A stretch of DNA of 40,817 bases from Bdellovibrionota bacterium (GCA_041739995.1 JBGSMV010000028.1:1-40817), one strand, 5' to 3'; counted from the stretch's first letter, positions 18,486 to 27,966 are shown. Program-made: numbers and translations. Notes: generated by a model not told the origin, from the sequence alone.

Positions 18486-19304
18486 TTACACTCCTCCTGC
18501 CGTGACAGCAGGTTTTGGCTCGGCACCGGTTGCTATTGAAGGTGGGGCCTCGCGAAACACTCCGACCACGGTGACATCGTCATACGGGAACGCCACATTC
18601 CCGTACGTGGCCAGAAGATTCTCTTGCGCGGCCCCTCCAGAATGGAGGCCAAAGGCATCATCTACCAGACGCTGCCTGGACGCCGCCATCAGGTCCACTG
18701 CACCATCGGTGCCGATCGCCACCGTATGGATCGCCTGCGTAGCTCCTGTCAGCGCCACACGAAGCAGACCGGTGCGGCCTTCGGATTCCGCCACATGGTG
18801 TGCGGGGAGAGGCGGAGCGTTTTCGCGCACCGCCCTCAGTTCCGACCAGGTATGGTTCACGAGCAGGACGCCGTCACCACAAACAAAGGCAACGGTAGTC
18901 CAGGGCAGCACCAAAAACCCGAGCACCGTCGCACACAGAAAGCGCTCAAGGACGGCTTTCGGCTCTGCGGATTCACTACCTAGGTAGTGAGCCACCAGCG
19001 TCAGCTCGCCAGGAAGCTCCCGGTTGAGCCACGCCACCAAGCGTTCGCCAAAGACCTCGGGCGTCAGCGTCTCGCTGAGCGCCGCAAGCGTCACCCGGTG
19101 CTGAAGAATCAGCCGCCGAAGCGCCTGAGTGACGAACAGAGCTCCGACCCGGGAGTCAGCGTGAGAGCCCACCCCGTCGGAGACCAGCCCGAGGACGAAC
19201 TCGTCCTCTGCCTCAATGACATGCGCATCCTGACCCTCATCTCCATCGTAGCGGTGTAAATTGCCGGTCAGAGACAACTTGAACGGATGATACTTCTCGG
19301 ACAT
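18486..19304 (-). CDS. PP2C-like protein phosphatase (YegK-like)
   Basis: TG..H...QDA, VSDGVGS, CGDG, IGTDG, DDVTVV. GGAGG RBS. Confidence 0.88.
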   Translation of the reverse strand: MSEKYHPFKLSLTGNLHRYDGDEGQDAHVIEAEDEFVLGLVSDGVGSHADSRVGALFVTQALRRLILQHRVTLAALSETLTPEVFGERLVAWLNRELPGELTLVAHYLGSESAEPKAVLERFLCATVLGFLVLPWTTVAFVCGDGVLLVNHTWSELRAVRENAPPLPAHHVAESEGRTGLLRVALTGATQAIHTVAIGTDGAVDLMAASRQRLVDDAFGLHSGGAAQENLLATYGNVAFPYDDVTVVGVFREAPPSIATGAEPKPAVTAGGV

Positions 19305-19735
19305 TGAAACCTCCTTGAGAGAGAACTCTCAGCAGAACCTTCGTGAATCACCACTCCTCACAACGCACCGAGAATGACGAGCATCCGCGGTGCGTTGTAA
19401 GGAAGTTGTCACTTCTTCCCAAGAATCAATTTTCCAAAGAACCGTCCCGAGGCACCCTGAGAGCTTCAAGACCAACTAAGATGCGTAACTTTGCAGCGAT
19501 CAACCGACTTAGTACGCCCGAAAAGCTCTTCGCCCCAGAGGGAGCTTAGCACTCCTTGAATTCAGTAAGGGGGGCCGTGCTTTCGGGAAGGATTCTGTAA
19601 ACTCCCGAATCCTTCCTGAAGACATACAAGGAATCAGTTTTTCCGAGAGTTTGCGACTCTTAGCGCTCGTAAGAACTCAGCTTTGGCTCTGTTACGAGTG
19701 TTTTTCCCCGAATCGAGGAAGTAGGCACATTCACT

Positions 19736-20530
19736 ATGGTCCGTCAGATTGCAACACATCCAACCTCCGAGTTGGCATCCCTCGGACAAGGCGCCACTAC
19801 TCCCTATGTCGAACGTACGCATCGCATTCGGGCACTAGTGTTTGCTTTGGAGCAAGTAAAACTCGAGCAGATGAAGGCGGGCACCGGCACCCTACTCTCG
19901 GCAGCGACCGCATCTCCCGATGTAGCGCTGGCCGTCCTTGATGCCTTTGCTCTCCCCTATGAGTTCAGTGCAAAAGACCTTGAAGCGGGGCACCGTTCAG
20001 TGCTGGTGCTACTTTGGCCCTCAAACCTGGTCAGAGCTGGCGTTGCAGCTACGAGGCACGGTGAACTTAGAGACTTTTCCGATCTTGCCTACCGGACACT
20101 CTCCGACTCGCAGACCAGGACCGTGACTACGGCGCTTGCGCGAAAAGCAAATCCTATCATCGCGAGATTGGCCGAAGAGAAGCTTCCTCCAGTTGACCGA
20201 GCAAATGAGTATCAGTCTGCTCAGAACGCAGCTTCCGTATCGAAGGCCCCTTCGGGGAGTGAAATGAACTCAGCACCCACATCACAACGCCGAACTAGGC
20301 GCAGTCATCCTTGGCGAACTGCGGCGGTTGCCACCCTCCTTGGCACTGGGGCAGCCCTCATAGTCCGACAGCATGAAGCTGCAGTCGGAGAACTGATTTC
20401 TCAGAGCCCAGTGGCGGATGCCCTGGTTACCCAAACTGCTTCTCATCTAGAATTTTTGAGCCCCATATCTGACTTTTGTATGCGTCATCTCGACCAACTC
20501 CTAGACTTCTTTCCGCGGACCAGTAGGTGA
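19736..20530 (+). CDS. Hypothetical protein with degenerate J-domain-like region and hydrophobic segment
   Basis: ALAVLDAFAL...SAKDLEAGHRSVLVLLWPSN...DLAYRTLSDSQTR. Confidence 0.6.
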   Translation: MVRQIATHPTSELASLGQGATTPYVERTHRIRALVFALEQVKLEQMKAGTGTLLSAATASPDVALAVLDAFALPYEFSAKDLEAGHRSVLVLLWPSNLVRAGVAATRHGELRDFSDLAYRTLSDSQTRTVTTALARKANPIIARLAEEKLPPVDRANEYQSAQNAASVSKAPSGSEMNSAPTSQRRTRRSHPWRTAAVATLLGTGAALIVRQHEAAVGELISQSPVADALVTQTASHLEFLSPISDFCMRHLDQLLDFFPRTSR

Positions 20531-20548
20531 GAGCATCACTCAGGAGAC

Positions 20549-21055
20549 ATGCGACTTATGTTTGAGAGTGCTGCGCAAAGAATGGCACCGACAGGCCAAA
20601 CTAAATGCAAGATTCCCGCCACTCTTGTGCAGTTTCATCGCACCGTGGTCTCACTCCCGCCAGAGGCGCTTAGTACTGCTCGTGCCCTTGGTACCAATCC
20701 CCGAAGCACTACGCCTCCATCGGACGAAGCCCATGTGCTATGGAGCCTCGAGGCACTTTCTCTTTCACCGTGCACCGACATAAGCGAGCTGCGGACGCGA
20801 GTTAAATCTCTCAAGGCCGCACTTGATGTGGCGCAGAACTCCCCTGAAGCATTCATTTCGAAGTCCGACTGTCACCGTATGGACGAAGCACTCAAGGAGG
20901 CGTTCAGGTTCCTCCGCTGGCCCCAAAATAGAGATCGCCTTTTAACGCTTACGGGAAAGGCCCCTACGTCCAAAGCGGAGACTGACAATGAGGCCCCACC
21001 TGAGCGGAAAGGCCTCCTTGCTCGTCTCTTCGTTTCTCTTCGGGAGCGCTCATGA
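20549..21055 (+). CDS. Hypothetical protein with degenerate J-domain-like region
   Basis: LEALSLSPCTDISELRTRVKSL...LKEAFRFLRWPQNR. AGGAG RBS. Confidence 0.6.
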   Translation: MRLMFESAAQRMAPTGQTKCKIPATLVQFHRTVVSLPPEALSTARALGTNPRSTTPPSDEAHVLWSLEALSLSPCTDISELRTRVKSLKAALDVAQNSPEAFISKSDCHRMDEALKEAFRFLRWPQNRDRLLTLTGKAPTSKAETDNEAPPERKGLLARLFVSLRERS

Positions 21056-22941
21056 ACCTTTCACCCGAGCAACATAGGCACCCAGTGCTTCATGAGAAGG
21101 ACGGGCTTTTGCCGCCCACAAGTCCAGCCGCGGATGAAGAGCTACTCACTCGGCTAAAAGATCTTTCTAGCGGTCACTCCCCCGGCGGAACACCTGAGGT
21201 CACACTCTTCAGTACTCTAGCCGCACAAGGCTCTCCCGTAGGAGCTGCTACACGGCGACTAATTTCAAAGTACATTTCTGCCGAGGAGGGAGACGCCGCC
21301 CTCGCGCGCTTGCCACATACGTATTTTGGCGATCTCTGCACGCTCAAGACAAGGCTCCGGACTTCGCGAGGTGAGGCGCGAGCCCCAGTAGTTCTTGCAC
21401 TTAGGGATCGTTACATAACGAGCGGGAGCCCTAAGCTCGGATATCTCGCGTGCAAGTACGCACTTACGGAAATCAAGGCTACTCATAACTCCCTGTTTCT
21501 CGCCGCCGAAACTGCCACCGCTTCCGGCCAGCAAGCGGACTTTCGTCAGCTGCTTAAGGATCAAGAACACAGCGGCTCCCCTGAGGTCCTCTTTCACATT
21601 GCGCGCCTCGAGCGGACACGTGGAGGCGCCGGACACTCCGCTGCCTTCTACCAACGGCTGGTAGCGCTGCACCCTGACTCTCTCGAGGCGCAACTCATGG
21701 GGGTACTCTCGTCAGATCTCACTTCCGCCTATAGACGCGTCGAGCTCTTGCCTATCTATGCCAGATTCAGCAAGCGCCCCGACCAGGATGATTCCTTATT
21801 TGGCTCCTTCATCCTTGAGGAAATTCTCAGTCATCTTCAGCGCGACAAGCCAGAAAGCGCACCCGCAATTGCACGAAGGCTTCTCACCTATAACCCAGAG
21901 TGCGAGGCTGCGTGGGGTGTTCTGCTTGCCATGGAGACAACTGACCAGGTTTCTCGAAGAAAATTACTCACCGAGTTTCCGAGCTGGTCAGGCGTGCGCC
22001 TAATCGCCGCGTCGGCTGGAAATGACACAAGCAATTTCGAAACTCTCTTAAGGCAGCGAATAGCGTCTGCCCCTGCCCACTGCGAAGCCTATATTGCGCT
22101 CGCTCAGCACCTCGAGGCGAGGAATAGGGCAGGGGAGGCCCAGGTGCTTCTCCGCCAAGCCTACGCACTTAGTCCGCACCACCCGAGTATCCCCCAGAAC
22201 ATCCTAGAGGAGGAACTGCGAGAGCCCCCGGCACTTCGGTTGGAAGTAGCCCGCAGTGGTGCTCCAATCGAGGTATCGGCTTGGGGCGACGATGTCCGCT
22301 CTCTCCTTGCAATAGCCGTGGGGAAAAGAGGCCCTGCGCTTCGGAAAGCCCTCGCCCAGTGCTCACCAGACTTCGCCGAAGTCAATCGTTTGCTCGCACC
22401 AGGCTCGTTGTTACTTACTCAGCAGGTGTTCTTTCAGGACCAGACGCGCCGCAACTGTGAGGTGCCACGGAAATTACTTGGGGCTCAGGTCACCTCGGAG
22501 AAATGGAGAGAGACGGTGGGCGTTATGTTTCAGTCATTACTTTCGACGAGCCACGAACTTCCCTATGCCCGCTACCGGTGGGCTCTAGGGTCTCTTGCGA
22601 GCTGCACCCTAAACCTTGATCCATGCGGAGACTATCTCAACCTACAACATTTTGTAGACAAACTTGACGGTCTTAGTGAGGGCGCTCAGAGAGCATATCG
22701 CCGGTGTGCGGGTCTCGTTCATGGCGTAGTTCCATCGGACGCAGAGGAAGTTGACACAGCCATTAAGTATCTCATCGAGAGGCTCGAGACTCTGCGTGAT
22801 TTCGTCGACCACCAATTGGCTCCTGCCCTTATCACAGACCTTCCGGACGCACTCGAGCGCTGGGACCACGCATTCTCATCCCTTGAGCCGGCGGTATTCA
22901 AAACAGAGGACGAGAGACCCGGGGGCTCAGTCGTAGTCTAG
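21052..22941 (+). CDS. TPR-containing helical protein
   Basis: PEVLFHIARL...FYQRLVALHP, LLTYNPECEAAW, EAYIALAQHL...LRQAYALSP. Confidence 0.75.
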   Translation: MNLSPEQHRHPVLHEKDGLLPPTSPAADEELLTRLKDLSSGHSPGGTPEVTLFSTLAAQGSPVGAATRRLISKYISAEEGDAALARLPHTYFGDLCTLKTRLRTSRGEARAPVVLALRDRYITSGSPKLGYLACKYALTEIKATHNSLFLAAETATASGQQADFRQLLKDQEHSGSPEVLFHIARLERTRGGAGHSAAFYQRLVALHPDSLEAQLMGVLSSDLTSAYRRVELLPIYARFSKRPDQDDSLFGSFILEEILSHLQRDKPESAPAIARRLLTYNPECEAAWGVLLAMETTDQVSRRKLLTEFPSWSGVRLIAASAGNDTSNFETLLRQRIASAPAHCEAYIALAQHLEARNRAGEAQVLLRQAYALSPHHPSIPQNILEEELREPPALRLEVARSGAPIEVSAWGDDVRSLLAIAVGKRGPALRKALAQCSPDFAEVNRLLAPGSLLLTQQVFFQDQTRRNCEVPRKLLGAQVTSEKWRETVGVMFQSLLSTSHELPYARYRWALGSLASCTLNLDPCGDYLNLQHFVDKLDGLSEGAQRAYRRCAGLVHGVVPSDAEEVDTAIKYLIERLETLRDFVDHQLAPALITDLPDALERWDHAFSSLEPAVFKTEDERPGGSVVV

Positions 22942-22990
22942 CCCCCGGTCGTCGGGGAAACTGTGCGAAAAGCGAACTGCGCCATTCTCC

Positions 22991-23722
22991 TTAGTGCTCA
23001 GAAATCCTTCGTTTGACCGCTTCGAGGCTCTTCTTAGCCTGCTCTTCTTTAGTCTCAGGCGCCTGCGCCTTCTTTGAATATCTCATCATCACGTCCTCGA
23101 CTCTCGAATCGCGCTCTGCAGCACGGCGCGCGTTCGGCTCGAGACCAAGGTCCGCAACTCTTCCTTGAGTCTCTTCAATTCTATCAGTAGCCACACGCGC
23201 TTTTTCTGTCGCAAGCTCCAAAAACCGCACCGCATGCTCAAGCTCCGGCCCACTAATGGTCGGGCGACGAGCAACTTCCTCTAGCTTCCACAGTAATCGT
23301 TGAACTGTCTGTAACTCTTGGTTGGCATGCTCAAATTGCACGGACACCGATTCGCGCTCTTCATCGGCTAGCAGAATTCGCTCCGACATAGTTTGCTTAC
23401 GACCTCTTGACGCCTTTTCGGCATCCTCCACAAACCCCTCAATTCGCTTCTCTATCTCATCAAGCCGCTGGCCGAGCCCCTCGCTCCGTTCCTCCGCCAC
23501 TGCCCTGAGGTCTGAGAACTGGATATAAAGCTTCTTCCTCTGATGTTCGTCCCGGTAATCCCTATCGATGAACTGCTTGAACTGATGGCTCGCCTGCGCA
23601 ACGAGTCCCGAGAAGCTCATCGGATTGCGCGGCTCTCTATCTCTATCCGAACCTAAACCGTGCGGCAGGGCCTTCCCGTCACCACTCGGTCCACTCGCGT
23701 TGTTGCGGTTTCCTCTCAGCAT
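22991..23722 (-). CDS. Coiled-coil protein, probable second ESCRT-III/PspA-superfamily subunit
   Basis: All-helical charged hairpin pattern, directly downstream of the Vps4-like gene, C-terminal LEAVKRRISEH, GGAGG RBS. Confidence 0.55.
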   Translation of the reverse strand: MLRGNRNNASGPSGDGKALPHGLGSDRDREPRNPMSFSGLVAQASHQFKQFIDRDYRDEHQRKKLYIQFSDLRAVAEERSEGLGQRLDEIEKRIEGFVEDAEKASRGRKQTMSERILLADEERESVSVQFEHANQELQTVQRLLWKLEEVARRPTISGPELEHAVRFLELATEKARVATDRIEETQGRVADLGLEPNARRAAERDSRVEDVMMRYSKKAQAPETKEEQAKKSLEAVKRRISEH

Positions 23723-23742
23723 AACCCCTCCGTTCTCTCGAT

Positions 23743-24942
23743 CTAGTGCGCCCCATGGTCACGATTCCACTGTTCGAATCGCTCAAGGAGCGGCTTCGGC
23801 GTGGCAGGTTTGATTCGTGAGATCTGCTCAAGCAGGTGTCGCTGCGCAATTGGCTGCTCCGTATTGCGCGCAATGCCCTCCTTGAGCGCAGCAAGCTTCG
23901 CGGACTGACAAACATTCGTGATGTCACTACCGCTATAGCCGTCAGTGGCCACTGCAAGTGCCGAGAAGTCGACATCATCCGCAAGATCGTCGTTTACACA
24001 CTTAACCTTGAATATCGCCTCACGGTCTGCCAACTCTGGGAGGGGCATGTACACAATGCCGCCTCCTTTCTGGAATCGCCGCAGCATCCCGGGGTCAATA
24101 ATCCACGGTTCATTCGTCGCTGCTATTACAAGCAACTCAGATGCCCTTTCTCCGCCTCGCGACTTGATCCCTTGCAGCTCGACATTGAATTCACCAAGCA
24201 CCCGGCGTCCTACGTCAGAGGTACTCCCATCGGCGGGCGACGCGAACAGCGTCGCGCAGTCATCGAGAAAAAGAATTGCGCGCGGACTCTCCTTGCGAAT
24301 GCCAGAGAAGAGCGCCTTCACCTGCCTCTCTGAGTCCCCATACCACTTGGAGAGCAGATCCGAGCAACGCACGTTGTAGAAGTCCGCTTCAACTTCCGCC
24401 GCTGCCGCGGCGGCAAGGTCGGTCTTACCAGTGCCCGCAGGCCCAAAGAGCAGCAATGCTCCCCCGGGGACGATCCCCTTCTTTCGAAACGCCTCGGAGT
24501 GCCGAAAGGGCAGAATCATCGTGTCCCTGAGGCGATCCTTGGCATACTCGTGTCCGATGATTTCATCAAACCTAACCCTGCTATCTTTGAACAAAAAGTC
24601 TGCAACATTGAGGCTGACCTGATCTCCGCCAGCAGCGCTCTTGCGTGCCGCTCCCGAGACACCATCGGCGCGCGACGCGGCCGCACTCTGCGATACACGC
24701 TTGGTCTCAGCTTCATCGCATAGCTCCGCTAACTCAGTGAGTTCAACGAGCGTCTCTTTTCGAATCGCCCTGACATCAGGCAGATGAGAGCCTTCAATCA
24801 GCTTTTCTAACGCCAGGGCGGCATCAACAAAGTGCACCTTGGCTACGCGGAACTCACTGCGGCCAAAGGCCTCCATTCCTCTTTCAAAGTGGTTCTTAAA
24901 AATGTCCGGATTCGGTGCCGCTTTTGCTTGCGAACTAAACAT
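23743..24942 (-). CDS. Vps4/CdvC-like AAA+ ATPase with N-terminal MIT domain
   Basis: MIT-like three-helix N-terminus. Walker A GPAGTGKT, pore loop LLSKWYGDSE, Walker B ILFLDD, SRH AATNEPWIIDPGMLRRF, TDGYSGSDI, C-terminal helix LLERFEQWN. Confidence 0.88.
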   Translation of the reverse strand: MFSSQAKAAPNPDIFKNHFERGMEAFGRSEFRVAKVHFVDAALALEKLIEGSHLPDVRAIRKETLVELTELAELCDEAETKRVSQSAAASRADGVSGAARKSAAGGDQVSLNVADFLFKDSRVRFDEIIGHEYAKDRLRDTMILPFRHSEAFRKKGIVPGGALLLFGPAGTGKTDLAAAAAAEVEADFYNVRCSDLLSKWYGDSERQVKALFSGIRKESPRAILFLDDCATLFASPADGSTSDVGRRVLGEFNVELQGIKSRGGERASELLVIAATNEPWIIDPGMLRRFQKGGGIVYMPLPELADREAIFKVKCVNDDLADDVDFSALAVATDGYSGSDITNVCQSAKLAALKEGIARNTEQPIAQRHLLEQISRIKPATPKPLLERFEQWNRDHGAH

Positions 24943-24953
24943 GTGTGACCCCT

Positions 24954-25544
24954 TTACTTTTGTCTGACCGATTCGCGCATATCGCTAATCCGAGATTTAA
25001 TCTTCGACATCTCATCTAGCTGCCTGAGTGCAGTTGCCTTATCGGCGCCATCAATCAGACTATCGAGCTCATCATCAGAAGTTGCCCCGGAGGATTGAAT
25101 GGACGTGGCATCTCGTAGCTCGCCTAGAGCTGAGTCGAGTTGCTCTCGAACAAAGCCGATTTTCCCATTTGCAATTTGTGCTCGCGCCGCGGTCCGAGGC
25201 AGATTCAACCCCTTGTTCAGCGACTCAAATGCCTTCGACACTGACGTAAGAGCACTCTGGAAGTTCGAAGCAATTTCGCCCTGCGTAAGCATCAGACGAC
25301 TCGATTCAATTGAAATACGCACCGACAACAACAGCTTCTTAGTATCGAGCGCGGTTCGAATGCTCTCTCGTGCTTGAGCGTACGAAGAGGGGTCACCGTA
25401 CTCTCGCGCCTGGCGAGCGAAGGCGAGATGGCGCTCGACACTCTCGGCCGCATCTTTCTCAATACGGTCTATTTGGCGCAGGGAACTGCGCAGCGCGACG
25501 CGCTGTTTGAACTGCTTTTCCTCTCGAGACTGAAATCCAAACAT
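24954..25544 (-). CDS. ESCRT-III (Snf7/CdvB-like) protein
   Basis: N-terminal MFGF, basic helical hairpin (ARQAREYGD), acidic SDDELDSLI helix, MIM1-like IKSRISDMR tail. 11 bp upstream of the Vps4-like gene. Confidence 0.75.
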   Translation of the reverse strand: MFGFQSREEKQFKQRVALRSSLRQIDRIEKDAAESVERHLAFARQAREYGDPSSYAQARESIRTALDTKKLLLSVRISIESSRLMLTQGEIASNFQSALTSVSKAFESLNKGLNLPRTAARAQIANGKIGFVREQLDSALGELRDATSIQSSGATSDDELDSLIDGADKATALRQLDEMSKIKSRISDMRESVRQK

Positions 25545-25863
25545 ACCACTCACCCCCTCTATGCATGTACCAGCACAAACTGCCGTGACCTCAATCCCCA
25601 GGGACTGCGATCCTCGTGCCACGGTGAGCGACTGTACCTGAGCAAGGGAACGCCCCCTTCCAGCGATGAAAGAGGTAAGAATCCCCGGGAAGGATTCAGT
25701 ACGGAGTCAGGGGGGGGGTGGGCGATACTGAGACGTTGAGCATGTAACGTGGTGCCGCTAGGAACTCATGCAAGAACTTTGGTTCCATCTTGAACTACGG
25801 CACCCATACTGACGCTGCCCGCGCATAATCGCCACGAACAGCTTCTGGTAGCCCTAAAGACGG

Positions 25864-26370
25864 TCACTGCACAAAACCCCACAGAAGAAGGGAGGTGGCA
25901 ATCCCCACACCAGCGACACTGCCGATGAACAGAGCCTTGCGATCCCGAAGTAGGAGGTAGGCCACCACTCCAAGCACAGCGGCATTGACCACCGCCCAGC
26001 CCAAAAGTTGCGCCCCCGTCGAGAGCCACTCACTGCGCGGAAGATGAGGCCATTCCCTCGCCACGTAGTAGGGCTTAAGAACCACCTGCTCCACCGAGTG
26101 GGCAGCCTGCGCCATCGCGCCCGACGGCAACACCCATCCGATCACGACCAGAGCCACCACGAGACCGAGGAAGAAGGTCGCGAGCGCCTTTCCCTTGCGG
26201 AACGCAAACTGCACGAGCCAGAGAATGAGCACGAGCAGCACAAACCCCAACACCACAAGCGTGAGCCAACCGATAGGCAGACTGGAGGGAACCTCCCCGC
26301 CCAACGCAGATAACATGCTAATCATAAACCACTCCTTGGGCCCTAAGGGCCAAACAACCTTCTCTTGCAT
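25864..26370 (-). CDS. Membrane protein (about 4 TM segments), start uncertain
   Basis: Four hydrophobic segments, upstream of and co-oriented with the ESCRT genes. Confidence 0.7.
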   Translation of the reverse strand: MQEKVVWPLGPKEWFMISMLSALGGEVPSSLPIGWLTLVVLGFVLLVLILWLVQFAFRKGKALATFFLGLVVALVVIGWVLPSGAMAQAAHSVEQVVLKPYYVAREWPHLPRSEWLSTGAQLLGWAVVNAAVLGVVAYLLLRDRKALFIGSVAGVGIATSLLLWGFVQ

Positions 26371-26541
26371 GAGTTTCCGAACGGCTGAGAGGAGAGCTGC
26401 ATCCTCAACTCTAAGCCGCTTAGAATCTCCCCTTCTTCTTCCCAAAGTACGCGTGTTGGATCGCTCCGACGCAAGCGCATTGTAGCGGACCGTTGCCGAG
26501 GTCGACTCCTACTATAGATTCCGGGAGCTAATTCCTCCGTC

Positions 26542-27261
26542 TCACCCTCGACCGTGGACTTGCTCCAAAACAGGGAACCTCTGTTGAAGAATCAACTCCT
26601 TCAACACGACACGGCTCCCTATGGTGGTGACACGGGCATTTCGCCACGCAACGAGGCCAACTTCGTTGGGGAACTTCCGCTGCGCAAAGGTTGGCGTCGA
26701 GGGCTCTTGGGCAACACACCTACTACCAAGGCGCATCGACAACAGCTTTTCGATCGGAAGCTCGGGCAGGAGAGTATCCGGCAACCGTATCGGTAGGTTC
26801 GTGGGAACTGCCGATGCCCAGATACTTCGTTGCAGTCTAAATGTTTCCTTTTGTGCAACTCCGACGCTCCAGGATACGCTAAGGTAGTCCCACACTATAT
26901 GCTCGTCCGGAAAACACTTAGTCAGATCATCGTCTAGCAGCCCTCCGTCATACGATCCATCGTAGTTCAGTGCAGCCAATGGCATATCAGAAGGCCCCAC
27001 TACTATGAGGGCCAAGAGACGAGCGGCATGAGCATGCGCTCGCACCTGAGCAAATACTCGCTCCGCATCACGGAGCGTGGGTGAGAGTTCAGACGATACG
27101 CAAACACCGACTTCAGGCCCCACACCTCCACCAAAGCGAGTAGAGGTTGGTGAAGGAATAAGGCTAAACTTCGCATCGACTAAACGCTCCACGATAACCG
27201 GATTGAAGTCCGAAACCCATCCTTGACCCGGAAGCGTCACCATAGAGCTGCGTGTTATCAT
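26542..27261 (-). CDS. Hypothetical protein
   Basis: 239-aa ORF with GGGAG RBS. Confidence 0.6.
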   Translation of the reverse strand: MITRSSMVTLPGQGWVSDFNPVIVERLVDAKFSLIPSPTSTRFGGGVGPEVGVCVSSELSPTLRDAERVFAQVRAHAHAARLLALIVVGPSDMPLAALNYDGSYDGGLLDDDLTKCFPDEHIVWDYLSVSWSVGVAQKETFRLQRSIWASAVPTNLPIRLPDTLLPELPIEKLLSMRLGSRCVAQEPSTPTFAQRKFPNEVGLVAWRNARVTTIGSRVVLKELILQQRFPVLEQVHGRG

Positions 27262-27491
27262 AGACTCCCTGTATGCTCCTTACTAAATCATCCCAATCTG
27301 GCGACAGGAGTAGGCCCCGAGGCCCCACCTCTTTCAATTCAATCGAGGGCTCGTAGCCGGCGCACGTCGTAGGGGAGACCGTACCAGAGACATCAAGGAC
27401 AAGAGTGCTGCAAAGGATTCCGTGAGATGAAGGCCAACATCCCGGGTAGCCCCCAGGACGAAACGTCAGGCAAGCCTTATTTGTTACTGAG

Positions 27492-27944
27492 CTAACCGGC
27501 CCATTCCATCAACATATCAGGAGTTTTCTCCTCGTTGGTTGAACCATCGCTACAGGCTATCACACAAAATCCATGCCGTTCGTAGAACCGCCGAGCGTCG
27601 ACATTCTGTTGAAATGTGTACAGACGAATTGGTGCGCTAAGTATTTGCTTGGCTCGCTCCATAAGCTTGCTTCCAATGCCAAGCCCCACTGCAGACGAAT
27701 CGATATAGAGCTGGTCAATCCAACCATGAGTGCCCTCTCGAGAAACGGCCAAGAAACCAAGAATGCCTTCTCCTGATTCCGCCACAGTTATGCTCCCTGC
27801 GGGAAGGAGGCAATCTCTAACCCATGCTCGGACTTGCTCGTCTGTATGCGCTAGCGGTGCGTATGAAAGGAAGTGCTTACGCGTAGCAAGATAGATCTCG
27901 CTAATCCTAGAACAATCACTTGAAGTGGCGCTTCTTAGATTCAT
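27492..27944 (-). CDS. GNAT family N-acetyltransferase
   Basis: ILGFLAV, IDQLYID, GLGIGSKLM, NVDARRFYERHGF. Confidence 0.92.
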   Translation of the reverse strand: MNLRSATSSDCSRISEIYLATRKHFLSYAPLAHTDEQVRAWVRDCLLPAGSITVAESGEGILGFLAVSREGTHGWIDQLYIDSSAVGLGIGSKLMERAKQILSAPIRLYTFQQNVDARRFYERHGFCVIACSDGSTNEEKTPDMLMEWAG

Positions 27945-27966
27945 TCGCTTACGGGATGCGTTAGCC

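Noticed and set aside
23743..24942. FtsH/Cdc48/proteasomal ATPase assignment
   Set aside because: It has a single AAA domain, no TM or protease domain, an MIT-like N-terminus and an SKW pore loop, all of which point to the Vps4 clade.
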